Shown here piece after piece: positions 49,011-63,524 of a stretch of DNA of 64,000 nt. Source of the DNA: Octopus bimaculoides (lineage: Eukaryota). Each line of letters starts with the position of its first letter. Position 1 is the stretch's first letter. Where the stretch lies: NCBI RefSeq assembly GCF_001194135.2, contig NC_069001.1:26364964-26428963 (forward strand), read 5' to 3'. The notes under the pieces are model-generated. The model was not told the DNA's origin. It searched no databases and saw nothing but the letters and a program-made list of their open reading frames with translations. A program made the position numbers and the translations under genes.

Positions 49011-52000
49011 CTTATGTAAGAAATAGTTGAGGCCCAGGCACTCCGGATTTATAAATAGCTGAGCGCCAATGATGGCGCCAGCAAAGGGCGTTGGCTTAAA
49101 GATTATATTATTCAATGTCAGATTTTCACACCAAGAATATAACAAGTGCGGTTCAAGTTAAATTTCGGTTGAAATTTCAAATGTTATAGTTCATAAGATA
49201 TAGTGATAAATATTTTACGATATGGCAACTGAGAGAAATTGCAGCTCTTCCTTATACGCTTTAAATGTTCCGCTTGAAAAATAATCCACTTGTGTGTAAC
49301 TGAAGTAGATAAAAATTTATATACGTAACTACATACATACATACATGTGTGTATACGTATATCTTCATGCATATATATATATATATATATATATGAAAGA
49401 ATGTGTATTGATTCAAAACCACCCCCGCACATATGTACATATACATTTTCCTATATGCGTACTATCATATATACTAAAACTAAAAATGAAAATTTTTACT
49501 ATTTCATCACGTTATTTCTTTATCGAACGANNNNNNNNNNNNNNNNNNNNNNNNNNNNNNNNNNNACACACACACACACATACGCACACGTATGTATGTG
49601 TGTGTGAGAATTCAGAAAAAGAGAGAAAAACAATTCACTACCAAATTCATTGAAAATATTGGTAAAATAATTCAATTTATATTTATAGCAAATGTTACAT
49701 GCGATAAGTTTCAAGTCTCTCTCATGTGATTGCTTATCTCCATGCCTTCATCGTCACTTCCAGCCCCGAGAGAAGTTCACATTCTTTCTGCAGCAGCGTC
49801 TGACCGTCATTACAAATTCACACTAAAGGCGTTTCTACTGATATTTAGCATCTGTCTTCTTCTGCTGGAAGCAGAAGCAATCACCGAGAAGAAACTGTGA
49901 CATTTCACAATGGAGCAACTTTACTTATACATACGTATAAACATTTGACACCTACTCTACTTGTTCCTAATGAAGTAGACGCTCCAATATCTCTGCATAC
50001 ACTCGTGTCATCCATCCATCCATGCATACATACATTTGTCTGTATATGTGTAACTGCGTTCGCACAATCTGGCATGTGTATGTATATATGTGTGAGTGGG
50101 TATGTATTTTTGTATTTGCCCATTCACCCTTTTACTCTGCGTACATTTACATACAAAGTTATACGCAGACATGAGAGCGTAGATATATGTTTGCGAGGGT
50201 TTCAGTGTCTGTTTAGTGAGAGAGAGAGAGAAAGTATAAGAGGCAGAGAGAGTATGAGGAGCAGAGAGCGAAAGATAATGTAAGCACGTTAATTGCAAAT
50301 GTTTTGCAGCTTTAAGATATATAATTAGTTCAATATTTTATCGAGACTATGCTTGCTTACATATTGCCTTCATGCAATGTTTCGTGTTCTGCCTGCTCTA
50401 CACATCTCTGTATGGTCTCTACCGCTTTTCCCTCACTTTTCACCCACTAGCATATATTCACATAGTTATAGTTACAGAAACATTGATAGTTAATGAGTGA
50501 AAGTAAAAAAAAAAATAGAGAGAGAGAGAGAGAGAGAGAGAAAGATTCAGTAATGGATACAAAAGAAAAACAGTGAAATTAAGCTTGTGGCGTCTGACAC
50601 GGCATAAAATGTAATTATTTGCAAAATATATACACCGTGTCATTGGTACCCGTTTGCAAGCGAGTTAGCTTCGATTCAAAAAGAATCATTTTTTGGCAGG
50701 AAAGAATATGTTACAAGATTCCGTGAGATTCTGAATATATGAGAGATTCTCTGGAAATGGTGACCCATTTGTGTTAGTGTCAAGAGCTAAACAAGAAGAG
50801 AAAAAAGTTTGAGAGAGAGAGAGAGAGAGAACAATGGAAGAGGTTAGTGTGCAAACGAAAGAACTGAAACAAATGTAACCAGCATAGATAAAAAGATATC
50901 TTTTTCTTCAGCGCTCGGTACACAGCTTGTCAATAGCAATAGTCACATTGTCTGTAGATGTAACATTTGTTTGAACAGGAAAACCATCGTGTTGACTAGT
51001 AAAGTAAATGGAATTCCGTTGCTTTCGACAATTAAAGTTTGCTCTGTCAACTGAACTACCTACTGAATTAGCACGTAAGTGGCGGTTTATTCCACTGACA
51101 GTAACATTTAGATTGAGTCCGAGTTATACAGCGAATGCGGAAGATGGTGTTTTGAGTAATAGCTACACTCTTCGCGATGAAACACTGGGCAGATTCTGCG
51201 TACATAGTCTCAGTTTACGAGGCGTTGTCCAGTGGAAAACAATGGTAAAGAGGTTTACCCTTGATGATATAAAGTGGAATGGAGCATAGACTTGTTATTT
51301 GAAAGGCAGCTTCTTAACCACTAGGCTGCAGATTTGCAGATTAGATTAGTATCTAAAAGTTGCACATGTATTGATCGGATAGCCAGCAGTTTCAAAAGAA
51401 GTAATCGCACACGCACCCACAATTGCACATACATATATATACTCACACACACACACACACACACACNNNNNNNNNNNNNNNNNNNNNNNNNNNNNNNNNN
51501 NNNNNNNNNNNNNNNNNNNNNNNNNNNNNNNNNNNNNNNNNNNNNNNNNNNNNNNNNNNNNNNNNNTATGTATTCTCTGTTTGAATAATTCCTTTATAGA
51601 ACTAAGCTAATGCGTATTTAATCAATTCGTCATGCAGGTTTGAAAGTAAAATAAAGAAACAGAAAGAGACACCTGAAACTCCAATGTATTATATAGAAAC
51701 AAACTATGTATATATATCGTTTTACAGCGTAATATAAACCCTATGCAGGAATTCATTTCATTGTAAATTCTTTGTTAGATAGATATTTTTTCGCTGTTAT
51801 TGCTCTTGTTTTGTTGTTGTTGCTGTTTTTTGCAGTTTTAGTCTTTGCTGCCGTTTCTTTTTTTTTTTTTCTGTATTAGTTGAGGTTTGAAACCGTACTT
51901 CATCCCCATTGCAGACATCAGGGAGTTAGTAATGGCGTATAGCTTTTGATCTTTCTTTCGCTGTCTAAACACACACACACACACGTGTGTGTATGTGTTT

Positions 52001-52376
52001 ATATCTCTCTCTATATATGTACATATACATGCATATACATTTTATATATACACGTACAAACATATACACGCAAATCTACATATAAATGGATATATAAATA
52101 TATATAAATACACATATGCAAACGCACACACACACACAGACACACACACACGCATGCACACTTATAAATATCAATGTTTGTATATCGTTTGTGTGTTCTC
52201 CATGCACACGCATGCGCACGCGCGTGTATTTATTTGTGCACTCATCTTGATTATGTATCATGGCAATGCATTATACATTACAAGGATTGAGTGTTCGCCG
52301 AAAGGAAAATAGAGCAAGGCACAGAGAAACCGAGATGGAGTAGAGAAAACGAGATATCGTGAGAGGGAGAAAGAGT

Positions 52377-52378
<2 letters not shown>

Positions 52379-52443
<65 letters not shown>
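52379..52443 (+). repeat. (AT)n dinucleotide microsatellite, representative of dozens of (AT)n, (CA)n and (CT)n tracts in the window
   Basis: Direct inspection. Confidence 0.95.
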
Positions 52444-52445
<2 letters not shown>

Positions 52446-53702
52446 TTCTATGTACCTACCAGAGCATTGTAAATGTTGCTTGCACAAAGTTAGTAATTGC
52501 TGTAGTTTAAATAAAAAGATCGTGCTCAAGTGAACTCTTCTCAATTAAAAACGACCTGTACTTCCAATCGCGGCTTACGATTCCTACCATGTCGACGTTA
52601 TTTTGTACATAGAAATCAGTATATATGAAAGAAAAAAATAAACATTAATACTTAAATAAATGAATGAGGTTTGATATTACTATATCTAATGGGGTGATGG
52701 TATTCGTTGAAACCTTAGAACATCAGATTAAATACCTCATCGTGTTATCGAGATAATTCGTTTTATGAATTGAATTCCATTATTGCTGGGTTTAAATTTT
52801 TTATCATAATAGAGTGAGTTCTCCCGTTTGCTTTATAATTGTATAATTTCGTCAGAAAATGTATGTGGTGTCTGTTAACATTTCATGAAGTACGTAAGTG
52901 AAGTATTTATCCCCAGATAAAATTTTAGCAACAAATTAGAATCTCATAGAGACCTAGTTGTTAGCGTTCAGCCGGATGAAGGATTGAATCTACGTTTTAC
53001 CTATTACTTGTTTCAGTTATTCGAGTGCGCCGTTGCTGGGGTATCGTTGTGCAACGTTTAGTCAAACAAATGGACACCAGTACTTATGTTTACATCTGGT
53101 ACTTACATTCTCGGAGATACACATACATACACGCACAAAGAAACATACACACAGATTAATACACACATAGCCCCAAGCCTATCAAAGTCTTCGGAGTGAA
53201 ATTTATGGTCGCATATATAAATATATTCTCCTCTAGTACCGTGCTCTGTACACATTCTGAGTGAATCTATGTATGTGTTATCATGGACTTCCTTGCGACA
53301 ACGTAAACTTTCATTTAATCAAGATATCCTTAGCCTGAAGAGTAGCCTGCGGTATACATCTCGCTTCGATATTTCCCACTTGTGAGGTTTCGCTCGCTTA
53401 GAAACATATGTAGTCCGGATCTTATCTACATCATTCCTAAACGCCGTGTGTGTGTATATATATATGTATATATATAAATTAAGAATTGGAGTTATACGCA
53501 AGTGTTTTTAAAATCTTTATACTTCCAACATATGTTTGGAAGAAAACATCGGCATTATATATGTATGTGTGTGTATTTATATATGTATGCATATATGTAT
53601 GTATATGTATGTATATATATATATATATATATATATAAATGTATATATATATCTCCATCCTCTCTTTCTCTCTCTTTCTTTCTCTCTCTCTTTCTCTCTC
53701 TG

Positions 53703-53758
<56 letters not shown>

Positions 53759-56559
53759 TACATATATATATATGCATACATATATATATATCACTTAGCT
53801 ATTTCCAGACTAATAGCCTGGTGTAGAATTCATATATTTTTTCCAGAACGAAGTGTTAGCTGAGTATAGAGCTTTGGTAACTGAGATGAAGAAGCAATAA
53901 ATGATTTCCTTATGAACTTCATTTAATTCATTACTTTGTCACCTCTCCTATTATCACTCTACTGTCGTCCTGGAACTATGATAGTACACACGTGCTCAAG
54001 GGACGGGCTGTTGCACTGAATACGGAATCTTGTGGTTGCAATACCAGTTTTTCACCCATGTAATTATGTCTGTTTTTAAAACTCCTTTTCAAGGAACGAG
54101 GGCAAAAGAATTAACCATCATTACTCTACCCTAAGAATTAAATTCTTCGCACACTTAACTGCAAGACTTTGGCCAATTTTCTGACGTTCGAATTGTAATT
54201 AACATAAGCGTAATTTTTGTTATTGTTGGATTTTGATCTCAGGTAGCTCTAGAAGAACTACGAACATTCCCACCGAATATTTTAAGGGTGTATGGTACTG
54301 TTTTAGATTCTGTGTTCAAGTGCGGCTTCCGTATGATGACAAAAACATGGCCACTGGCCTTATATTTAATTAAAAGCTAACAATGTTTCCTATATTAATC
54401 GTCACAACCAATGCCGCTTGCTGTCTTATTGGAGAAAAGGATACTACGTTTTGCCATTTGTCATTTAGATTTCATTTATAATTCCTCATTTTCAAGCATA
54501 TTTAAGCAATCAGATGCTTTTGTTGAGGAGAGGGACTCTCTTTCTAGTTCGACTACTTTTGAATACATTAAATTGTTAACCGGCGTAGTCCTTTGCGAGA
54601 TATACTGCCATGTCTCTTATTTCGAATGAACTCAAGCCATGTATGCAATCTCTTTGTAATATATTGACAGCAAATGTATAAACATCACTCTTAGTAACGT
54701 AGTACATGTCTGCATTGTCGTTGATGGGGATGATACTCTTCCATCATATCGTGCAAACTTTCATTTTAGGGTGTCAAATTATTACTGTGTGAACTTGCGT
54801 GTATGTGATTTTTCATTAAGCCACTTTGAGTTTAGTTTTCATATACGATGTTTTTCGCTTCAAAAATCGTTTCCGTATATTCAATAACTATTTGTAAGCT
54901 TTCTTAAGAACAGTTGTTTCCCGAGCTACACTCTTTAGTTGAAATTCTGCATACAATACATTGTAAACATAATATTTCGAGGAAAACAATAAAATAATAT
55001 CTAAAAGACAGACCTTTTGTCTAGCCCAGGTATTGGGATAAAATTACACCGACTGCAAATTCCTTTCTATGCAAAATATTTTATAATAAATGATAAAAAA
55101 TCATATCCAATTCTCAGGAGCATCTTGGTTACAATCCAATTTCCTAGCAGCTGTCTGAAGACACGTACGCATGTTTGAAAACGCAAGGTAATAATGGTAA
55201 TAATGATAATGATGATAATAATAATAGTTAATATTTTATGCATGATACATTCTTTTTGAAATGATTTCTAGTTAATAATGACTTCTAATAATGGTAATAA
55301 TAATCATAAAAATGAAAATATTTTGCAGAATTAAGCCTGGCAGGAATTTTCTCATGTTAATCTTAATATTCCTGTAGAATGGATTAATGAATTATATTTC
55401 TACGGTTTCCTGTTAGTTACAATGAAACATTGACATTTCAGTAAAGGAAGAAAAAGTTTAGGTGTTTTGAATTTGATACAGACTTAAATAAAATTTGATG
55501 TGTACGTCAGTTTCGACGCGATATACTCCAATTGATCACATGACTTAACTAACTACTCGTTGAAAAACCTTGCTAAATATTAAAATAATAAATTCTCAAA
55601 GAAAATGAAAGTGAAAGTTATCGTGGTGAGTGTGCAGTTTGAATGGAAGGGAAACTTAGTACGTTAGTCTACCGCGTTTCACACCCAAAACCTCGATCGG
55701 CACTATATATTGCTAAAAGGCATTTATTGTTAATAGCATCACGTGGGCTCAAAGAAAAAGGGGTTTCTTCTCTTAGGGAGGGATCACATGCACATTCATA
55801 CGAATTATATCGCTTTCTTTTAAAATTTCACACAGGGAAACGCGCACGCGCGTGCAAAATCATGCCAATATTGTAAATCCACTTGCAAATGCCAAAGAAT
55901 TTCTCTCGATTTCTCCATGGCAATACGCCAAATGGCAGGAGATAGCACGAAGGTCCCGAGAAGGCTAAACGCATTATATATATGTGTGAATATGTGTGTG
56001 TGTGTGTGTGTGTGTTCACCATTCACACTCACATGTACTTAATTATATGCATACACACTCACACTCACACATATGTAATCATATACGCGCATTCGTATCA
56101 ATGTTTTCATACATACTTGTGTGTGTGTATAAAATGACGGACATATAATCTAAAAAAATTATTTTTTATGCGTTATTGCAATCTGAGTGACATTCAATAT
56201 ATGTTTGAACCCAAATATATGATCATTCATATGCAGTGTATGTTTGGGAGGTGGGGTAATTTTATGGGTTAAGCATTATATCTCTCCTAATAAGTTAATA
56301 CCAGCGCACAATATTTTAAAAGTGCATATATTATCACTTATTAGATCAGTTGAAACAAAATATGAATTAATATATATCTGCTTGTGAACGAGTTTACCTA
56401 AATATATACGGGTATAGTTGTGTGCGCAAAGCTTATAATATTCTTGCAGATATTATGGCTTTACTAGGGTGTCCCTATTGTTATGGGTGTTTTATTTTAT
56501 TTTATTTGCACAGGCCACCATCCGTGTTTTGTGATTAAGCAAGAATTTGAACAACGCCT

Positions 56560-56790
56560 CCTTATTTGAGTTACTTTTATTGACGTGGCTTAATCTAATA
56601 TCTCAAGAAAAAATTTGTCTAAGTGCTTATTGAAGACAACCATATTCACGCCTCCTTCTTCTCCATAGTTTCTTGAAAAGGTATTGAAAAGCGGTGGGCC
56701 ATATAAAAGTGAACTCTTCCAATATCCAGGCCTTACACCAAATGAATTAGCGGAGCCATACAGTGATTTAAGCATTAAAATCTCCAGCTA
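56560..56790 (-). mobile_element. CR1/L2/Jockey-group LINE RT C-terminal fragment
   Basis: ORF 56590-56775 contains SSLLYGPPLFNTFSRNY...VVFNKHLDKFF. This resembles the LINE C-terminal pattern SF..RGP.LFN.LP...R......FK..LDKFL. Confidence 0.65.
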
Positions 56791-56821
56791 CTTACTCCTA
56801 CACACACAGACACATTTCCTT

Positions 56822-57214
56822 ATTCTATTCTTTTACTCGTTTCAGTCGTTTGACTTTCGACATGCTGGAGCACCACTTTGAAGAGTTTTAGACGAACAAA
56901 TCGACCCCAAAAATTACTTTTAAATCCTCGTACTTATTCCCTCTTTTACTGAACCGCTAAGTTACAGGGACTTCAACACACCCACAATGGTTGTCAAGCG
57001 GTTATGGGGGCACAAACAGACACTAGGAGACACACACACATATATACGATAGGCTTATTTCAGTTTCCGTCTACTAAATCTACTTATAAGGATTTGATTG
57101 ACTCGAGGCTACAGTAAAAAAAAACACTTGCTCAAGTTGTCCCGCAGTGGGACTGAACCTGGAGTCATGTAGTTAGGTAGCAAGCTTCTTACCAAAGAAC
57201 CAAGACTGTGCCTG
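56822..57214 (-). mobile_element. Full-length degenerate family B SINE
   Basis: Both the head complement (CACTTGCTCAAG...CAGTGGGACTGAACC) and the tail complement (GTTTCAGTCGTTTGAC...CATGCTGGAGCACC) are present. Confidence 0.85.
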
Positions 57215-58049
57215 ATACATACACACATATGAACCACTTTTCGACTTTGTTCTTTAATTCTCCCTTTTCTTCATCTGTCGCACTGAATTAATCTTGGCGT
57301 AACAGCATTGAATTGCTTCGAGAGCCCCTCTACGAGAGGCCTATAATAGGGAGCAGTAATCCATGATATCTGTGTAACAAAATGTCCCCAATTGGTTCAT
57401 CATATTTGTTTTCCTTGTTTTGATTGAACTCAGAATCCAATCAGTCACTCGCCTGTACATTTTTGCCATGTTAGTAGTACGATTCCGAAATGAGGAACCA
57501 TTATTCATGAGGATTCTTCACTCGGGGACGAATCTAATGCATATTATTTGCATTATTGGCATAAATTCTTTAGGTTTCCTATCTTTGTCTAGTATAGTGA
57601 AAATTTCCGGCAAATTTTGTTTCAGTTAGCTTTATAGAAGATCCGGCTGGATAGGTTTCGAGTGATTCCTATGTGATCTCTTTTATTTTCTACGGACGAT
57701 GAATTGTTAGTTCTACTATGGTATCTATTATTTACATGATGGATGCGGTCCATGTTATTAGTGAAGCATAGATCCAACATGTTATTGCTACTGGTCGAGT
57801 GCAGTATTATTCGTTACATTAACATGGTTTTAGAGAGATGAAATAAAGTCTCTACGTGACGATCTTCATGGCGTAACAATCCTGAAATTATGTCACCTTT
57901 GAATAACTTGATGTTAGGGAAATCGAAGTTGCCAAATAGGATCACACTAATATGTTGAACTTATTTCGCACGTAATCTTTTTTATTATTCTAAATACATT
58001 ATCGTTAATAAACGTGTCAGGTGAACGATATGATGTACATATTGGTTTG

Positions 58050-58235
58050 AAACTTCTGTAGAAAGCCAGCAACTTCCGGGGTGGGGTTAAGTCGAATACA
58101 TCGATCCCAGTGCCCAAACGGCATTTAATTCATCGGCCCCGAAATGATGAAATGCAATGTCGACCTTGGCGGAATTAAAAACTCAGGACGTAAAGAGGTG
58201 CGAAATGCTAAGCGATTCTGCCAGGTCACCGCCTT
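58050..58235 (-). mobile_element. Family A SINE
   Basis: GTCGAATACATCGATCCCAG...CCCCGAAATGATGAAATGCAATGTCGACCTTGGCGGAATT. Confidence 0.8.
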
Positions 58236-61200
58236 TATATGATGTACATATTACGGCATTGATTTGCTTTGTCTGTACAAATGGCGTGTCCCAAGCCCAC
58301 TTCCATTATGAAAACACGGTTAAGAGTCTGTCATTTTTAGGGGTTTTACCATATTTTCCGACTGTACGAAGCATGACATGCTTTTATGTTCATCTCCACG
58401 TGCTCTACGTCTGCAGATTGTTACGTTTCATTAAGCCATATGCATATTGCTTCATCGTACAAAGATAAATCATTTTGATATGAAATTCTGCCTCTTTCCT
58501 TATGTACAGTAGCAAAATAGATGTAATGCGTGGTGAGTTGGCAGTGATGGCCAGCCTGTATATATCATCTGAACTGGTTTTCTGAAAGAGTATTTATGGC
58601 TTCATTTCAGTTTTGTTTGTTATCATATAAGATAATGTGCTATATATTTTGTGTCACACTTCAAATACGTATGTAGCTCGACCGCTGTAGGTCGCAGTGC
58701 ATTTGCCTATTGCATTTTGGGTGAAAACAGATCATACATGGCAGATCTTCTTCAATTGGTACTCCCGCTTTACTACTGCTATTCTGCGAGTAATGGATTT
58801 CTTCGGGAGAATATTTCTTCGGGAGAATATTTCTTAGGGAAATATTTGCTGCCTTGAATGAAAGTTTGACCACGCTTAGAAAGGGCAGAGCAGTAGTTTG
58901 TCTCAATTTATGTATGTAGAGAGAGAGAGAGAGAGAGATAGAGAGAGAGAGCATGTACAGGGAACCTAAAATTAGTTTTCGTTTCGTTCTTAATATTAGT
59001 TAGTTGTCTTCGTTTTTGACCTTAATAAATTAATTCCTATGCGTAATTTTATTGTATTATATTACTTATGTTAACTAGGTCATTTTATTCTTTATATTGC
59101 TTTATGTTTAATTCATTGTACCATTACAATACGGTTAAATGAACAAACTTTGTAAGAGTGTACTTTCCATAGATACATACTGTGCTGTAAGGAGATATTC
59201 CAAGCGAACTTTGAGACAATTTATGTATACATAACATTTGACGTCGCCAAACTTTTGAAGCCAGCTCCCGCGGGAGGAAAAATATTAATAAGTACTATTC
59301 ACAGAGAAAATAATACAGAATAATGATGTTGAAGTGAATAAATAAATATGAAATAATGATGGAGAGAGAAAACAAAGAATTGAATCTTAGTGACTAAATG
59401 CACACGTCAAAAGTTTAAACATCAGCTATACAATAGACACAAACCATCAACATTTGGAATATGGATTTCAACACACAAATGAATATTTGTTAAATATATA
59501 TAAACATTTCTTAAAAGTTGTAGATAAGGAGGGAAACAAGCAGGAGAAACGAAAAAGACTGTTTATATATATACATGTATGTATGTACGTATATGCGTGT
59601 ATGTGTGTGTATATGTATGTGTGTGTGATGTTAACCGTGATAAGAAAATTATTCAATGTTAGAGTAGAAATTAATAATATATTTAATTCTAAATTTCACC
59701 TGAAAGTCCAGAGAATTTCCAGGTAAGTTCTGAAGATCCCGTGCACCGACAGGAGCAGCAAGAGACTGACTTGAGCCAAATAATATATATAGCGTTCAAG
59801 ACATACACACTTCACGTCTGGCTGTACAGCCTCTTTGTTTGTTTATTTCACCGTTTCGTTTTCTTGTCTTGTTTTCCGTCCGCCACTACCCTCCACGAAA
59901 ACAATTTAATTTGTGTTCGTGGGAAGAACCATTTTAACGATGCGTACTGCCTTAATTCTTCGAAACGCCGGAGTTTTAATGGTGGCAGCTGATGAAGGGG
60001 ATGTTTCTATGTGGCCTGCTTCTTTGTTGCACCTTGTTTACCATTTTGTCTTTGTTCTTTTGCCNNNNNNNNNNNNNNNNNNNNNNNNNNNNNNNNNNNN
60101 NNNNNNNNNNNNNNNNNNNNNNNNATATATATATATATATATATATATATAATTCATAAGTTTACAAACAACCCGAACAACAGCAAAGGGAAATTCATAG
60201 TTAAAATGTATTACGGTGACACTGGCATGAAAACTTTACTTATTTTGACAAAAAAACCACAAACTAAGTAGAATATAGAATGTAATTCAGACAACCAGTG
60301 TAAAAAACTAATTTCAATGTATGCATGAAATTTCCAAACATCATGACACACACACTATTTCTCCTTTTTCATCGGCTGAGCGTAGATTTTCAAAGAGCTA
60401 TTAATAATGCATAAGAATACGTTGCAAAAACGTGAAATCTAATAGAAATAATTTAGATGGCAGAGATGCAATGTGAAATAGATTTCCGTAAAAAAATGGT
60501 AACTATAAAAGATAACTAAAATTAGAAACAGAGATTAAACACACAGTAATATAACACCTAAAGTATATATCAGGATATCATGAAATATAATAGGATTCAC
60601 GGTTATATCATTTTAAATATAACGTTCATGCTTTCATCAATTATAAGATTATTCCCAATAATCATGTTTTAAAATCACGAACCACACAGCATTAACAATA
60701 GATATCGGTGAAAATTTAATCCTAATTGTTCGGAGATAAACATAATGTAATTACGTCTTTGTAAAAATATACGAAACAAAACATATTCGTATGTCTATGT
60801 GGTGTGGAAAAATGATCTTCCAAAAAAACTGCTGGACAAATGATTATTTAAAAACTGAGATGAGATTGTATCATAGTAAAGAAGACATACATGATTCTAA
60901 TGTTCGTCTCAAAAGTACAAGACAGAATTGTATCAACGGATAAATTGACACAAGGATTATCGTAATACATATACCTATACACACACACACACACTCACAC
61001 ACTAAAAGAAAATGCGGGCACTAATCACTGTTGCCTGTAAGTTTTTGCAAAGTATATATTATATCTATATAATCTAACAACCTGTCTGTCTATGTAGACA
61101 CACATACATGACACATATGTAATTATATANNNNNNNNNNNNNNNNNNNNNNNNNNNNNNNNNNNNNNNNNNNNNNNNNNNNNNNNNNNNNNNNNNNNNNN

Positions 61201-61240
61201 NNNNNNNNNNNNNNNNNNNNNNNNNNNNNNNNNNNNNNNN

Positions 61241-61286
<46 letters not shown>

Positions 61287-61319
61287 CAGAATGGGACAAG
61301 AACGCAAAATATCAAGACA

Positions 61320-61510
61320 GTTACGTGATACAAGAAAGGGACTACAAAACATCCAGATAGACGATACAAAGAAAACAAGGACAGGTCATTCGGAGTTTTC
61401 TCTCTTCAGTCGAGATCCAGATTATCCTTGCAATTTCGGCTGGTTATTCTCGATATTGCTCCAATCTGGCCAGCCCCAAGGAAAAACTAAGCTTCCTTGG
61501 AAGAAAGCGG
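61320..61510 (-). repeat. Interspersed repeat (family Y, recalled as common in Octopus) containing a hammerhead-core-like motif
   Basis: The - strand at 61409-61384 reads CTGAAGA-GAG-AAAA-CTC-CGAATGACC. Family identity is from memory only. Confidence 0.45.
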
Positions 61511-61513
61511 AGA

Positions 61514-61559
<46 letters not shown>

Positions 61560-62366
61560 ATCGTCTCGGTGATCGGGCTGCATCTTGGCTGAAATATCTT
61601 CTACCGAGTATTATGCCATCCTATGTCTATTTGTCGAGCTACGTTAAGACACGTAAACAAGATACAACATAAACTACAGTGGACACTGACTGTGAATGCA
61701 AACATCATCGACTCAGCCATAAATATATATGTACAGAAACGCATGTGTGTGAGCGTTTACACAAATACATTTATGTTTGTGTGAGAGTAGGTGCGTGTGT
61801 TTGTAGAATTAAAGCACAGGAATGAATGAGAAAAAAAAATATCTTCATAGGATACATTAAAACAAATCGATTCAGAAGTCCTGAAGCATAGTCTATAGAT
61901 TTCTGGTACCATATTAAGGCATGGTGATGGTTAGTAGTAAATATTCCATGGATATTGAAATTATTCAATACTCCAAGTAAACCAATAATAATTATTCAAC
62001 TTCATTCAGCTAAAACAGTATGTTTGATGTTTAAGATCAAAACAATACCTGTAGTAGAAGTATTTTGTGCGTTTCATATCAATGCTTCTTGATTTCCGCA
62101 TGTTAGGGCAGCTCTTCCTTCTCAGAATCCCCCAAATATCTGATATGTAGCTATTATTCACATGCATAGATTGCTATAAACTTCTAATCCTATGTATTAT
62201 ATTTTTTCTTATATGCAAAAGATATATGTTTATATAAATGCATGCAAGCACTCATATGAACATATACAAGCGCATAAATAAGTATATCTGTGTGTGTTAA
62301 TACGTATGTATGTATCTGTATATTTATAAATATCTGTGTGTGTAAATATGTATGTATCTGTGTATA

Positions 62367-62403
<37 letters not shown>

Positions 62404-63524
62404 ACACACACACATACACACACACACACGCACATACACACACACACATACATATAAATGTGTGCGTATGTATGTCTATTTATACAGATCTATGTAGTTA
62501 CAGAAACCTAGGGTTAGATACAGAGAAAGAAAATCAGGGATACATGCGTGTATAGATTGATCGTTCTTTATATAAATATACAATTGTATGAAGCTGTATG
62601 AAACTTATCTCCAGAAAACCGAAGCATAATATAATGCGTAAACTACGTGTAGCTACGGTGATAAGCAAATTTAAAGAACGTTACTTCAATCATACTACTT
62701 TCCGACGCAGTAAAATAGAAAAGAAAACAGCTATATTCAATTAGATATGGAATTTGAAAGACCAGCCTAGAGATTTCCATAGCAATTTGAAAACACTTGT
62801 GCGATGTAGACCAAAAAGAAATAAGTAAAGTATACGACAGATGCAACATTTTGAAGTGCGCCATAGCAAAAAATAAAATAAAAGATGTTTTATCTAAATA
62901 GATCACAAATATTTGGTAAATGCCGACACTTTGATAAATTCTAACTAAAGTACATGGAGATCACATTACGACCCTATTAAATGGACTTCCACTTAACTAT
63001 CACATACCTTTATGCTTCAACCTATTTCCCACTGTCAGGGGACAGTAATATAAAGCAATATCTCTCATTGCTCCCGCCTTCAGTTTTATCCATTAAATAA
63101 CCTTTCAGACTCCAGTAACAGCTTTTCTATTCTATATATTTTCTAAATTACTATACCTAGTTTAATTTGCTTCTATATAACCTGCTTGATATTTTAAAAA
63201 ATCTCTGCTTTCCTTATATTTTCTCATATTTTCTTACAATATATATTCAAACTACGAGAAACTGATAGCTTGTAATATTTTAATGTAATGTAGAATCAAG
63301 GCAACATTTTAAACCTAGAATGAATTAAGCGTATGTTCTATTTGAAATATGCCTTGTTATTTTTACTGTTAGTCAAATGAATGATATTGTTTATTGTCTG
63401 AATGTTTACGTTGATTATCATCTACGGAGAAAGTTGAAGTAACTATGTTTTATCTTTAACAGACTGTATCATATTATTTATTCACTCTATTTTCTGCATG
63501 TAAAGTCTTCTAGTTTATTACGTA

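Noticed and set aside
62940-63210. Possible minus-strand LINE linker-region fossil
   Set aside because: Too degenerate; no diagnostic motif could be read.
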